Positions 19,708 to 29,502 of a DNA stretch of 64,000 bases are shown here, one piece after another. Location: the NCBI GenBank assembly GCA_050179755.1, contig JBFXEV010000001.1, positions 201,994 to 265,993 of the forward strand, read 5' to 3'. Origin of the DNA: Candidatus Babeliales bacterium (GTDB lineage: Bacteria > Babelota > Babeliae > Babelales > JBFXEV01). Under the pieces are notes generated by a model, which saw only the letters and a list, made by a program, of their open reading frames with translations, was not told the DNA's origin and made no database searches. A program made the position numbers and the translations under genes. Numbering within the stretch: position 1 is the stretch's first letter; every line of letters starts with the position of its first letter.

Positions 19708-20034
19708 ATGACACTATCCAAAACAATCACGCATCTATTACTCGTAACCGCATGTATCATAAACTCACAATCCTTCTCTATGCATAGCAAGCTCGTACCA
19801 GGCGAAATAGAAATGTTATACTCATCATTTGCTGTTACGTACAGACGATTAGTACCGCCGGAAAACAAGGATGTGGAACTGGCACAATTTAACAGAGTTA
19901 AGGAAAGATATGAAGGATATATTCGTAAAAATGGTGCAGCCGAAGTAGAACCACTTTTGTTTCCACAAGTGGAATTTGATAGACTTGCGCAACTCTACGA
20001 GCAACAAGAAAAGGTAAGACTACACCCGCATTAA
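19708..20034 (+). CDS. Secreted hypothetical protein
   Basis: Signal peptide ...SFSMH; AAGG RBS. Confidence 0.6.
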   Translation: MTLSKTITHLLLVTACIINSQSFSMHSKLVPGEIEMLYSSFAVTYRRLVPPENKDVELAQFNRVKERYEGYIRKNGAAEVEPLLFPQVEFDRLAQLYEQQEKVRLHPH

Positions 20035-20210
20035 CAATACTTACGCTTAATTAAATTTGATCTATATAACAGAGTTGCAACAATACTTGCTTGCAACTTT
20101 TCTGGCATTGACTCCCAAGTCGCTTTCAATTCATCTTTTTTAAGATTGAATCGTTCAGCCATCCAGGGAACAAAATCGTCTTTGGTGGTACAAGCAACTT
20201 CTGGATTAAT
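20031..20210 (-). pseudogene. Orphan C-terminal remnant of WD40 family
   Basis: PEVACTTKDDFVPWMAERFNLK..ELKATWESMP is near-identical to the ends of the 21516 and 22930 genes. Confidence 0.8.
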
Positions 20211-20212
20211 AC

Positions 20213-21529
20213 TTACATTATGTGACATTTTTTTGTTCTTTTCTTACTATTAGCCATTTGATTAATGCGATTTACAAGTGACTCTACTAAACTTGTTTGC
20301 CATTCATTTGGCATAGTTAACCAGACTTTTTGCAATTCGGCATGATCAAGTTTCAACGTTTGGGCAATAAACACAAGTAATTCGGCTGCTTGAGCAGTAG
20401 TAACTTGCATCTTCTTTCTTCTTAGCATGCAGACTTTACTAAAATCACTCAGAACAACAAATAGCATTGTCTGCTCCAACGTTGGCTGATGCCGTTCATA
20501 TGTAAATACATATTGCTCCGAACAAGTTGCCATCCTATTATTTGATGCAAACGCTACAGCATTAACAAAGTCATAATGCTGTAATCTTGTACTTTTTTCA
20601 ATACTATCTAAATTCCATAAATATGCTCCATAATCCCATGATGCTATTGCCACTATATTCTCTTGTGGATGAAAGGCAATGGCGTTAGCCATATTTCCAT
20701 GATGTAGTTCGCGTAATTTATTACCTCCTATATCCCATAAATATACCCGGTAATCCCCTTCCGATGTTGCTAACATATCCCCTTGAGGATTAAATGCTAC
20801 AGCCCTAAGTACATCACCGTGTTGTAATCTTTTTAATTCCACTCCCTCACAATCCCACAAACGAGCTGTAAAATCCCATGAACCTGTAGCCACCATAGTA
20901 CATTGTGGATGAAATGCTACTGCAGTAACCCGATTATTATGATGCAATAAACGATATTTATGATTTTGTAAATTCCATAAAGCTGCTGTGTGATCATATG
21001 ATGCTGTTGCTACCATATTGCCTTGTGGATGAAATGCTACTGCGGTAATCATCTCTTTGCCATGTGAAAATCTACTTAATTCAGAACCATCTAACGCCAA
21101 TAAGCGTATTTTATTCTCCGATGCTGTAGCAAGCATAGTGCCATTTGGATGAAACGCCACCGCATTCACTTCAATATTATTGTTTAATTTTACTACTTTA
21201 TTATTTGCAAAATTTAATAAAAATGCCGCGTGACAGGTTGCCATAGCAAGCATAGTACCTCGCGGATTATATGCTATATCTTTAACATAACCATCTACAT
21301 CTATTGTATGACTTTTACACCACATTTTGCCAAAATTATTACGGGCATCTATATGTTGTACAATCAAACTTTTAACATCTCTAGACGCATGTTCAAAACA
21401 ATCAGCAAGATTAAAATACTGGTACAGCGATTTTGTTTTTTGAACCAAGGCTTGTTCCATGACAAAAACAGGCTGTACGCTGAGAATTTGAATAAATACC
21501 AATACAAAAAGTAAGTTACTTTTTATCAT
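20213..21529 (-). CDS. Secreted WD40-repeat protein
   Basis: About 7 canonical repeats (VAFHPQG..VATASYDHTAALWN). Confidence 0.92.
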   Translation of the reverse strand: MIKSNLLFVLVFIQILSVQPVFVMEQALVQKTKSLYQYFNLADCFEHASRDVKSLIVQHIDARNNFGKMWCKSHTIDVDGYVKDIAYNPRGTMLAMATCHAAFLLNFANNKVVKLNNNIEVNAVAFHPNGTMLATASENKIRLLALDGSELSRFSHGKEMITAVAFHPQGNMVATASYDHTAALWNLQNHKYRLLHHNNRVTAVAFHPQCTMVATGSWDFTARLWDCEGVELKRLQHGDVLRAVAFNPQGDMLATSEGDYRVYLWDIGGNKLRELHHGNMANAIAFHPQENIVAIASWDYGAYLWNLDSIEKSTRLQHYDFVNAVAFASNNRMATCSEQYVFTYERHQPTLEQTMLFVVLSDFSKVCMLRRKKMQVTTAQAAELLVFIAQTLKLDHAELQKVWLTMPNEWQTSLVESLVNRINQMANSKKRTKKCHIM

Positions 21530-22916
21530 GAGCTATATTGCTTGCTCGGTATAAAAGAGTATTTACAATACTTGTTTGCAACTTCTCTGGCATTGACTCC
21601 CAGGTTGCTTTCAATTCATCTTCTTTAAGATTAAATCGTTCAGCCATCCAAGGAACAAAATCGTCTTTGGTGGTACAGGCAACCTCTGGATCAATACATA
21701 AAACCCTACATCCTACTAAAAATTCTTGAAGCCTTCTGCGCAATAACACTTGTAGCAATGTGGGATTTTGATATTGCTTCCATACAACAGCTGCACTCTC
21801 CCTACCCGGCAAAACAATTGACTTATTACCTCCAACGGCAACAAATCGAGCTCCATCTGGGGCAAACGCAACTTCTTTAACTATGCTATGCTGATCTAAT
21901 TGCAACAATCTATTGCCTTCAAGGTCTCTTAACTGAATAAAACCCAATTGTGAAGCAACTGCCAAAAGATGACCTTTAGGATGAAATTTAATGTCATTAA
22001 CTTCAGCCAAACCTTCAGGATATAACTTTCCAACAAGTGAGCAGCGCTTGTGCCGCAAAGTGGGCAAAGAATCATCATGAACATCAAAGAGCGTGATATC
22101 TCCATTAAAACAAGTTGTTGCAAGCGATTTTCCATGAGGTGCAAATGCAACTGCCGTAAGTTCATTAGTATGCGCGAGCGTACCAATCTTTTTCCATGCA
22201 GCATTCCAGAGCATAAGCCTAGTGCCTTGCGCTAATGCAAACAAAGAACCTTCAGGATGAAACGTCATGCCCAGAATTTCTCTTCTTTGAAAATATGGAC
22301 GTGCGGTAGTAAGCTGCGCAATGTCTTGCTCTTTATCAAAATCAATAACTGTTACGGAGTCTTTCTCCCTGGCACCAAAAAGCGCATGACGAATGTTTGA
22401 AGTTACGACCACCACGCTGTTATTACATGGATGCACTAATATAGACCTTATATCCTCGGCAAAATCTCTGATATGATATCTCAATTGATTATGCCAGCTT
22501 ACAATGCTAATTCTCTTGCCAATAGCGTCAGCCTTTATTGAATGATTTAAAGCAGTCTTATGCATTTCGCCTGGAACCGAGACAGAACTACTTCCCTTCT
22601 TTTTTGAAACTATTTCTTTAAGCGTGGAAAACTGCCATGCACGCATTATACAATCTTCAGCGCATGTTAAAAGAAGATCTTGAGTGGGATCAGGGTGCGC
22701 TATAGCAGCGCCCACAAAGCAACCATGCGGCAAAACACCTTCCGAATACCACCACCCAGCAGGGCCTACAATATGCTGCGCAAGCAATCTTCTCATATCG
22801 CCCTGCGCCTGAAAAGCCGTTGGCACATTGTAATGCTGATAAAGAGATTGAGGCGCCATGCCAAAAATAGCGTGGAGGTAGAAGCAAAAAATAAATAATA
22901 AAAAGCGTTGACTCAT
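21516..22916 (-). CDS. Secreted WD40-repeat protein
   Basis: WD repeats; close paralog of 22930-24399. Confidence 0.85.
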   Translation of the reverse strand: MSQRFLLFIFCFYLHAIFGMAPQSLYQHYNVPTAFQAQGDMRRLLAQHIVGPAGWWYSEGVLPHGCFVGAAIAHPDPTQDLLLTCAEDCIMRAWQFSTLKEIVSKKKGSSSVSVPGEMHKTALNHSIKADAIGKRISIVSWHNQLRYHIRDFAEDIRSILVHPCNNSVVVVTSNIRHALFGAREKDSVTVIDFDKEQDIAQLTTARPYFQRREILGMTFHPEGSLFALAQGTRLMLWNAAWKKIGTLAHTNELTAVAFAPHGKSLATTCFNGDITLFDVHDDSLPTLRHKRCSLVGKLYPEGLAEVNDIKFHPKGHLLAVASQLGFIQLRDLEGNRLLQLDQHSIVKEVAFAPDGARFVAVGGNKSIVLPGRESAAVVWKQYQNPTLLQVLLRRRLQEFLVGCRVLCIDPEVACTTKDDFVPWMAERFNLKEDELKATWESMPEKLQTSIVNTLLYRASNIAHDKK

Positions 22917-22929
22917 AACACAATATCTT

Positions 22930-24399
22930 TCATTCTAGAGTTTGCTTTTTGAGAGCCTGTTCCTTTGCTCTATACTGTGCATGCACTACTTGTATCTTTT
23001 GCGCGCGAGATATCAACGTTTCAAAAATACTCTGACGCAAATCTTGCGGCATTGACTCCCAAGTCGCTTTCAATTCATCTTCTTTTAGATTAAATCGTTC
23101 AGCCATCCAAGGAACAAAATCGTCTTTGGTGGTACAGGCAACCTCTGGATCAATACATAAAACCCTACATCCTACTAAAAATTCTTGAAGCCTTCTGCGC
23201 AATAACACTTGTAGCAATGTGGGATTTTGATATTGCTTCCATACAACAGCTGCATTATCTTTGTTTTTTAACACTGTTGAGTTATTCCCACCCACCGCAA
23301 CAAGACCTGTACCCCCAGAAAGAAATGTAAGTTCTTTAACTATGGCGTGCTGAGATATTTGAACTAATCTAGCGCCTACTACATCTTTAAGCTGTATAAA
23401 TCCCTGTTGTGAAGCTATTGCCAAAAGTTTACCATTTGGATGAAATTTAATATCATTAATTTCTGGTGTGCCCTGAGAATGTAGCCTAGAATCCAACGAA
23501 CAACGCCAATGCCGTATGCTTGGCAACTCCATGCCATGCAGATCAAAAAGCCCTACAGCCCCGTTATGGCAAGCAGTCGCAAGCATTGTGCCTTGCCCAT
23601 TAAATGCCACAGCAGATATTGGACTATCGTGCGCTACTACGCCTACTTTTTTCCATGCATCATTCCATAATGCCAACCTAGTATGCTGCCCCAAGGCAAA
23701 CAAGCAACCTTCGGGATGCAGCGCCATAGCTCGGACATTTCTTTGCACAGGATAATAATGAGTACCAAATTCCACCAGTGTTTTTTTTGTCTCTAAATCA
23801 ACAACTTTTACAAAATCCTTGCGTTTAAATTGCCCATTATGAGGAATAGTATCAACAGATGACACAATGAGCAATTCTTTTTTGAATGGATGTGGTAACG
23901 CTGACCGTATATTTATATCAGATCCTATTGTTATTTCTGCTTTGTTAACAGTCGCCACAACGCACCGATTTAAAGCATTTGCACAAATGGAAAAATTTCT
24001 ATTAAGAGTTACTGTATTCATCTCTCCTTCAAGAGGAACCACAGTCGCTTTTTTATAGTTTGAAATTTGTGTATTCTCTTTCAAATCCCAACCGCGCATA
24101 TTGCCATCTTCCGCTGCAGTAAATACCCAAGGCAAAGTCGGGTGTGCTGCTACAGAATAAACAAAACAACCGTGTGGCAGCTCTACATCTGGGTACCACC
24201 AGCCCGCAGGCCCTACAATATACTGCGCAAGAGATTTGGTCATATCTCTCTGTACCTGAAAAGCCGTTGGCACATTGTAATGTTCAAACAAAGATTGCGG
24301 AGCTTTGTCCATTGCAACTACCGGGCACGCACAAACAATTAAAAGAACGATGGCAAGACATGAAGTAATGGCTAACTTGGCTGTTACTAATAAACTCAT
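22930..24399 (-). CDS. Secreted WD40-repeat protein
   Basis: WD repeats; signal peptide ...VVAMD. Confidence 0.85.
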   Translation of the reverse strand: MSLLVTAKLAITSCLAIVLLIVCACPVVAMDKAPQSLFEHYNVPTAFQVQRDMTKSLAQYIVGPAGWWYPDVELPHGCFVYSVAAHPTLPWVFTAAEDGNMRGWDLKENTQISNYKKATVVPLEGEMNTVTLNRNFSICANALNRCVVATVNKAEITIGSDINIRSALPHPFKKELLIVSSVDTIPHNGQFKRKDFVKVVDLETKKTLVEFGTHYYPVQRNVRAMALHPEGCLFALGQHTRLALWNDAWKKVGVVAHDSPISAVAFNGQGTMLATACHNGAVGLFDLHGMELPSIRHWRCSLDSRLHSQGTPEINDIKFHPNGKLLAIASQQGFIQLKDVVGARLVQISQHAIVKELTFLSGGTGLVAVGGNNSTVLKNKDNAAVVWKQYQNPTLLQVLLRRRLQEFLVGCRVLCIDPEVACTTKDDFVPWMAERFNLKEDELKATWESMPQDLRQSIFETLISRAQKIQVVHAQYRAKEQALKKQTLE

Positions 24400-24414
24400 G
24401 ATTTCTCTAAAAAA

Positions 24415-24452
24415 AAGCTGCTCATTTTTATTTTCATAAAATTGAGCAGCTT
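24415..24452 (-). terminator. Probable terminator after typA
   Basis: aagctgctca...tgagcagctt stem with A-run on plus strand (U-tract on minus). Confidence 0.6.
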
Positions 24453-24476
24453 AACTATTCTCTTAAATTTTTGATA

Positions 24477-26270
24477 TTAATTCTTCTTACGGAACGTTTC
24501 CTTAAGAATCTTCTTTCTCAAGCGCAATGAAAGAGGTGTCACCTCAATCAATTCATCTGGGCGAATCCATTCCATAGATTTTTCAAGCTCAAGCTTGCGA
24601 ACTGGCGCCAACTGCACTGCATCATCAGTACCAGAAGCTCGCATATTCGTCAGTTTTTTAAGCTTACACGGATTCACGGTTAAATCATTATCGCGGCTAT
24701 GCTCACCAACAATTTGACCTTCATACACTTTGTCAGTAGGCTCCACAAAAAGGATACCACGTTCTTGCAACGTATCTAGCGCATACGCAGTAACCGTGCC
24801 ATTTTCCATAGAAACTAAGGCACCTTTGGTGCGCACGGGAATTTCACCTTTAAACGGCTCGTATCCTGCAAATTGAAAGTTAAGCAAACCGGTGCCACGC
24901 GTGTCGGTCATAAATTGGCTCTTAAAGCCCATAAGACCACGTGATGGCACTTCAAACTCAAGGCGTACACGCCCGTCATCATAGGTTTGCATATCTTTAA
25001 GTTGAGCTTTTTTCATGCCAAGACGTTCAATAACAATACCTTGATACGCTTGATCCACGTCAACAATCACATGCTCAATTGGTTCATACTTTTTACCGTC
25101 AATCATTTTGTAAATAACTTCAGGAGCACTAAGTTGCAACTCAAAGCCTTCCCGGCGCATGTTTTCTACCAAAACGCCAAGGTGCAATTGCCCGCGGCCT
25201 GAAATCTTAAATGTTTCAGGAGAATCAGTTGGTTCTACACGCAATGCAACGTTTGTTTTAAGTTCTTTTTCAAGGCGTTCTTTAATCTGGCGAGACGTAA
25301 GCAATTTACCTTCGCGGCCATTAAACGGTGAGTCGTTTACCGACATATACATAGAAAGGGTTGGTTCATCAACAGAAACATACGGATACGGAGCTACATG
25401 CTCAGGTTCACAAATAGTCATGCCAATGGATACGGGTTCGGTAAAGCCTGCCATGGCAATAATATCACCAACGCTCACTTCATCAACTTCCATGCGGTTC
25501 AAACCAAGAAACGTGTAAAGTTTAGTAGCCTTCATAGGCTTGCTTACTTTATCGTCTTTTGCAAGCACAAATTGCTCACCAACTCTGAGCGAGCCACTGA
25601 ATACACGGCCAATAGCAATAATGCCCAAAAAGTCAGAATGGTCTAAGCTGGTTACCAAAATCTGCAAATGTGCTTCTTTTGGCGTTGGTGCAGGAATTTT
25701 TTCTATAATAGTTTGCAATAGCGGGGTCATGTCCCCAGATGTTGCTTTGGGATCAAAACCTGCAAAGCCGTTTCTACCAGAACCATACAGCACCGGGTAA
25801 TTCAATTGAGAATCATTAGTTGCCAAGTCTAAGAACAAATCTTGCACTGAAGATTCAGTTTTTTCAACATCAGCATCTTTACGATCAATTTTATTAATAA
25901 ATACGATTGGCTTTAAATTTAGTTCTAATGCTTTTTTGAGTACAAATCGCGTGCCAGGCAATACGCCTTCTGCAGCATCTACAAGTAAAAGAAATCCTTC
26001 TACCATTTGCAAGGTACGTTCAACTTCACCACCAAAGTCACTGTGACCAGGAGTGTCTACAATATTGATTGCATGATTATTAAAACGAATACCAGTTTGC
26101 TTTGCAAGAATGGTAATACCACGTTCACGTTCAAGATCATTAGAATCCATCACACGATCGGCCGCTGCGAGCGTGCCAGATTGCGTGAGCAATTGATCAA
26201 CCAAGGTTGTTTTGCCATGGTCAACGTGAGCTATAATGGCTATATTACGAAGCTTTGAGCTATCTTTCAT
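24477..26270 (-). CDS. typA: Translational GTPase TypA/BipA
   Basis: NIAIIAHVDHGKTTLVD, DTPGHSDFGGEVER, KKLTNMRASG. Confidence 0.98.
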   Translation of the reverse strand: MKDSSKLRNIAIIAHVDHGKTTLVDQLLTQSGTLAAADRVMDSNDLERERGITILAKQTGIRFNNHAINIVDTPGHSDFGGEVERTLQMVEGFLLLVDAAEGVLPGTRFVLKKALELNLKPIVFINKIDRKDADVEKTESSVQDLFLDLATNDSQLNYPVLYGSGRNGFAGFDPKATSGDMTPLLQTIIEKIPAPTPKEAHLQILVTSLDHSDFLGIIAIGRVFSGSLRVGEQFVLAKDDKVSKPMKATKLYTFLGLNRMEVDEVSVGDIIAMAGFTEPVSIGMTICEPEHVAPYPYVSVDEPTLSMYMSVNDSPFNGREGKLLTSRQIKERLEKELKTNVALRVEPTDSPETFKISGRGQLHLGVLVENMRREGFELQLSAPEVIYKMIDGKKYEPIEHVIVDVDQAYQGIVIERLGMKKAQLKDMQTYDDGRVRLEFEVPSRGLMGFKSQFMTDTRGTGLLNFQFAGYEPFKGEIPVRTKGALVSMENGTVTAYALDTLQERGILFVEPTDKVYEGQIVGEHSRDNDLTVNPCKLKKLTNMRASGTDDAVQLAPVRKLELEKSMEWIRPDELIEVTPLSLRLRKKILKETFRKKN

Positions 26271-26336
26271 AAAATTCCGAAAAGGTAAAAGAAGCCCACA
26301 GTATCTGTGAGCTTCTTGATAAGTATCGAGAGATAA

Positions 26337-26624
26337 TTAATAACGTGGTGCGCAATACGCAATCAACGCCATTGTTCTAGATTGGCGAATAGCGCCAGAC
26401 AATTGACGTTGATGGAAACAGCAGTTTCCAGAAATGCGAGAAGGCAATATTTTACCACGTTCAGTCAAGAAGGCACGCAATAAGTTAACATTTTTGTAAT
26501 CAATAGTGCCTGCTTTTTCTTCGTTGCCACAAAAACGGCAGTTTTTAGGCGGAGAAAAAGTTTTACGGCGTGATTTCTTGCGAATTAAGCGAGCGCTAAT
26601 TTTAAGTTTTGCTTTAGTAACCAT
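26337..26624 (-). CDS. rpsR: 30S ribosomal protein S18
   Basis: [26 protein letters not shown]. Confidence 0.97.
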   Translation of the reverse strand: MVTKAKLKISARLIRKKSRRKTFSPPKNCRFCGNEEKAGTIDYKNVNLLRAFLTERGKILPSRISGNCCFHQRQLSGAIRQSRTMALIAYCAPRY

Positions 26625-26635
26625 ACGGTCGATCC

Positions 26636-27109
26636 TTAATATGAGTTATAGTCTAATTGAGCGTCATCACCAAGCCCTGCTTCTCCAGACATATCGTTTG
26701 GTGAAAGCAAGCCGTCCATTTTATTATCACGTAAGAATTGACCAACATCACGTGTTGGCACGTCTTCTACTGAATCAGGACGTTGATATTCAAGTGATGC
26801 TTTTGCATTCAATGCGCACGTCATGTAACGAGCAACAATATGATTATATTTAACCGCAAATAAGGCGTTGATTGCTGCAAGCAATTCTTGTTTTTTCTCA
26901 GAAGAAACTTCAAAACGGCTTAAAAAGTAGATACCATAATCGTTTCTTTTGATAGGGAATGCAAGGCGCAATTTGCCCCATCGTTCATAGGAAATTACGT
27001 TGCCAGCATGTTGTTGCACAATTTTTTGAAACTCTTTTTCAAGAGTAGACGTTTCATCTGAGGTGATCTCAGGGATCGCGAGTATAAGAACTTCGTAGCG
27101 TTCCATCAA
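26636..27109 (-). CDS. rpsF: 30S ribosomal protein S6
   Basis: [23 protein letters not shown]. Confidence 0.95.
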   Translation of the reverse strand: MMERYEVLILAIPEITSDETSTLEKEFQKIVQQHAGNVISYERWGKLRLAFPIKRNDYGIYFLSRFEVSSEKKQELLAAINALFAVKYNHIVARYMTCALNAKASLEYQRPDSVEDVPTRDVGQFLRDNKMDGLLSPNDMSGEAGLGDDAQLDYNSY

Positions 27110-27110
27110 G

Positions 27111-27164
27111 GTATGTCCTTTGTACTAAGTGGAAATGATATAACCCCATTTTACCGGGGCATAC
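27111..27164 (-). promoter_or_regulatory. Structured rpsF 5' leader (possible S6:S18-binding element)
   Basis: On minus strand GTATGCCC can pair with GGACATAC covering the AAGGA RBS; TATAAT just upstream. Confidence 0.4.
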
Positions 27165-27211
27165 ATTATAAGACGGTCCATCCGTCTTATTTAGTTATTT
27201 CACCTTTAACA

Positions 27212-27237
27212 TCCTTCGACAAGCTCAGGATGAGCGG
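27212..27237 (-). repeat. REP-like repeat family A
   Basis: tccttcgacaagctcaggatgagcgg is the reverse complement of the consensus. Confidence 0.85.
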
Positions 27238-27386
27238 TGACTAAAAAAGTATAGCAGAAAGATCCAAAAATGCGAGTCTTTTGCGCCTTTGCTTACCGCT
27301 TGGGCATGACTTTGCTGGCTCTTTCTGCTATAACTGTTAAATTTCCAAAAATCATCCCGCGCGAAGCATGAGCCCGGGATTTGAAT

Positions 27387-28061
27387 TTATGCCATTTTTT
27401 GCTGGCGTTGCACGACTCTGCCAATAATTCTAAAGTGATCTTTACCACGAATCAACGCAATAGGCGCTTGTTTGTGATTTACTGATTCAAGGACCACAAA
27501 GTCTTCAGTAAAAGTAACTTGCATAATGCCGCGAACCGGCGTTTCATTGCCATATTCCACTGCTGCAATATCACCTGAGCGCGTCCACACTTCTGGAGAA
27601 ATGATCAACACGTCACCTTTTACAAAGGTAGGAGACATTTGGTTATCATTGATAGAAAGTGCAAACATTGCAGAGTCATTCGCGTTTAATACCGGAACAA
27701 ACTCGTCTTTATGACCAGATGTCACTTGTGCAAGTTGGTTGTTATAAGGCGATGGGTTTGCAGGGATTTCGCCTACGATTGGCACCACTTGAACCTTTAA
27801 ATCAACTTCTGTTGATTCAGGCAGGCTTACGTTGCTTTCCACGTTATCAGTGCGGCCACGGCGCTGAGCAAATAATTCAATAGGGCTTAATTCAAAGGCA
27901 TTGGCTAACTTACGCAAAGAATCTTCATTCCAGCGGCGGGTGCCATTTTTAATGTGAGTAAGGTAACTTTCAGACATCCCTGTTTTCTCAGCAAGTATCT
28001 TAGTAGTCCAGCCCTTTTCACGTAGTAATTCTTTTACGCGTAATTCCGTAGAAGATGACAT
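27387..28061 (-). CDS. XRE HTH plus S24 peptidase-like (LexA/CI-like) regulator
   Basis: HTH LAEKTGMSESYLTHIKNG; VPIVGEIPA; DNQMSP...GDVLII; IIGRVV; GGAGGA RBS. Confidence 0.85.
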   Translation of the reverse strand: MSSSTELRVKELLREKGWTTKILAEKTGMSESYLTHIKNGTRRWNEDSLRKLANAFELSPIELFAQRRGRTDNVESNVSLPESTEVDLKVQVVPIVGEIPANPSPYNNQLAQVTSGHKDEFVPVLNANDSAMFALSINDNQMSPTFVKGDVLIISPEVWTRSGDIAAVEYGNETPVRGIMQVTFTEDFVVLESVNHKQAPIALIRGKDHFRIIGRVVQRQQKMA

Positions 28062-28171
28062 AGCCAGTTCCTCCTGGTAAAGTATAGTATAATGTATGAT
28101 TAAAATTGACACAGCTTTATATTCTAATAGTACTGACTTCTGAAGAACTTGTCAAATGGAAAAATTAAATC

Positions 28172-28858
28172 ATGACAACCCTCAAATATCTGCCAAATTT
28201 TGTCAAAAACAGGTTTGAAAAGGCTTCCTGGAGCACAAATCAGCTGGTTTGCGGCATAGATGAGGTGGGCAGGGGGTGCCTGGCTGGTCCTTTGGTAGTA
28301 GCAGCTGTTATTTTACCTGTAAATCGCTCATATAAGCTCCTTAAAGACTCAAAAATACTCAGCGCCAAAGAATTACAACTTGCAAGTAGCTGGATCATCA
28401 AAAATTGCCATTTTAGCATAGTTCCGGTGCATCATCGGCTCATAGATAGCCGCAATGTTTATCAGGCAACGCTCTTTGCTATGGCGCGAGCAGTCATGCA
28501 GGTTTGTACTCTGTCTGCTCAAAAACCGGCTCAGATTGTGGTAGACGCCATGCCCTTAAAACTTACTGCAACACCCTATCACGATATCCCTATAGCGCAC
28601 TTTATTAAAGGTGAAAGCAAATCCAGTTCCATTGCAGCAGCCTCTATCATTGCCAAAGTATATCGAGACAATCTTATTACTGAATATGATAAATTAATTC
28701 CAGGATATTACTTGGAAGAACATAAAGGCTATGGCACCGAGCAACACCGTAATGCGCTTAATACTCTCGGCAAATCATTTATACATAGAACCACGTTTAT
28801 AAAAAAGGTAACTTGTGGCAACTCTTACGACACTCAACACCAACAAACCATTTGCTGA
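28172..28858 (+). CDS. rnhB: Ribonuclease HII
   Basis: GIDEVGRGCLAGP, DSK, SIAAASIIAKVYRD, HKGYGT. Confidence 0.96.
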   Translation: MTTLKYLPNFVKNRFEKASWSTNQLVCGIDEVGRGCLAGPLVVAAVILPVNRSYKLLKDSKILSAKELQLASSWIIKNCHFSIVPVHHRLIDSRNVYQATLFAMARAVMQVCTLSAQKPAQIVVDAMPLKLTATPYHDIPIAHFIKGESKSSSIAAASIIAKVYRDNLITEYDKLIPGYYLEEHKGYGTEQHRNALNTLGKSFIHRTTFIKKVTCGNSYDTQHQQTIC

Positions 28859-29438
28859 AATTATAGAAAGTTCACTCACGCAATGGGTTGCCCAAAGTTG
28901 GCAATGGAATACGTTCCCCTCATTTGGCGCGCTTGTGACGCTTGCAAATGAGCATATAACCCACGTGGCATTGGTTACTGGTATACAAACAGGATCTTCT
29001 GATCCTTCTCGCACGCCAATCCCCTATCAAAAAACAGAAGATGAGCTGCATGCGGAGCAACCGCAGATTTTTGCATTTTTAAAAACTACGTTCACGTGCG
29101 TGCCGCTTGGCTATTTTGATAAGGGCCGCTTGCGCTATCAATTGCCACCGCAACCACCCAAAATTCATAGCTTTGTGCAAACGGCAGACCTTGCCACTAG
29201 CCGTCAATTCTTTGCCCATACTCAGTATTTGCATGTTCTTTTTGGTATGAGTAATCAAATTGTTTACATGGATGAGCTACTTTTGGCAATCTTAGAACAG
29301 CAGGCGAGCATTGGGGCTCTCACGCAAGAGCGAGTGATAACTATTATTGAAACAATTTCTCTTCTTACAGGCAATGATTACCGCCGCCTTAAATTATTCT
29401 TGCAGCGCGCGCAGCCAATTATACAATCTAAAGAATAA
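28815..29438 (+). CDS. HAS-barrel-like domain protein
   Basis: AEIIESS..WVAQ, PSFGALV, EQPQIFAFL, QLPPQPPKIH, DYRRLK pattern. Confidence 0.55.
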   Translation: MATLTTLNTNKPFAEIIESSLTQWVAQSWQWNTFPSFGALVTLANEHITHVALVTGIQTGSSDPSRTPIPYQKTEDELHAEQPQIFAFLKTTFTCVPLGYFDKGRLRYQLPPQPPKIHSFVQTADLATSRQFFAHTQYLHVLFGMSNQIVYMDELLLAILEQQASIGALTQERVITIIETISLLTGNDYRRLKLFLQRAQPIIQSKE

Positions 29439-29502
29439 AAAATGCCCGATCGTCCCGATCGAATCGGCGATAGTAATGAAAATGAGCAGAGGAGTTGAAG
29501 GA

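Noticed and set aside
27387..28061. Prophage repressor marking a prophage
   Set aside because: Flanked by rpsF and rnhB; no integrase or phage structural genes
28815..29438. HerA-NurA system
   Set aside because: Only a HAS-barrel-like gene; no HerA ATPase or NurA nuclease nearby
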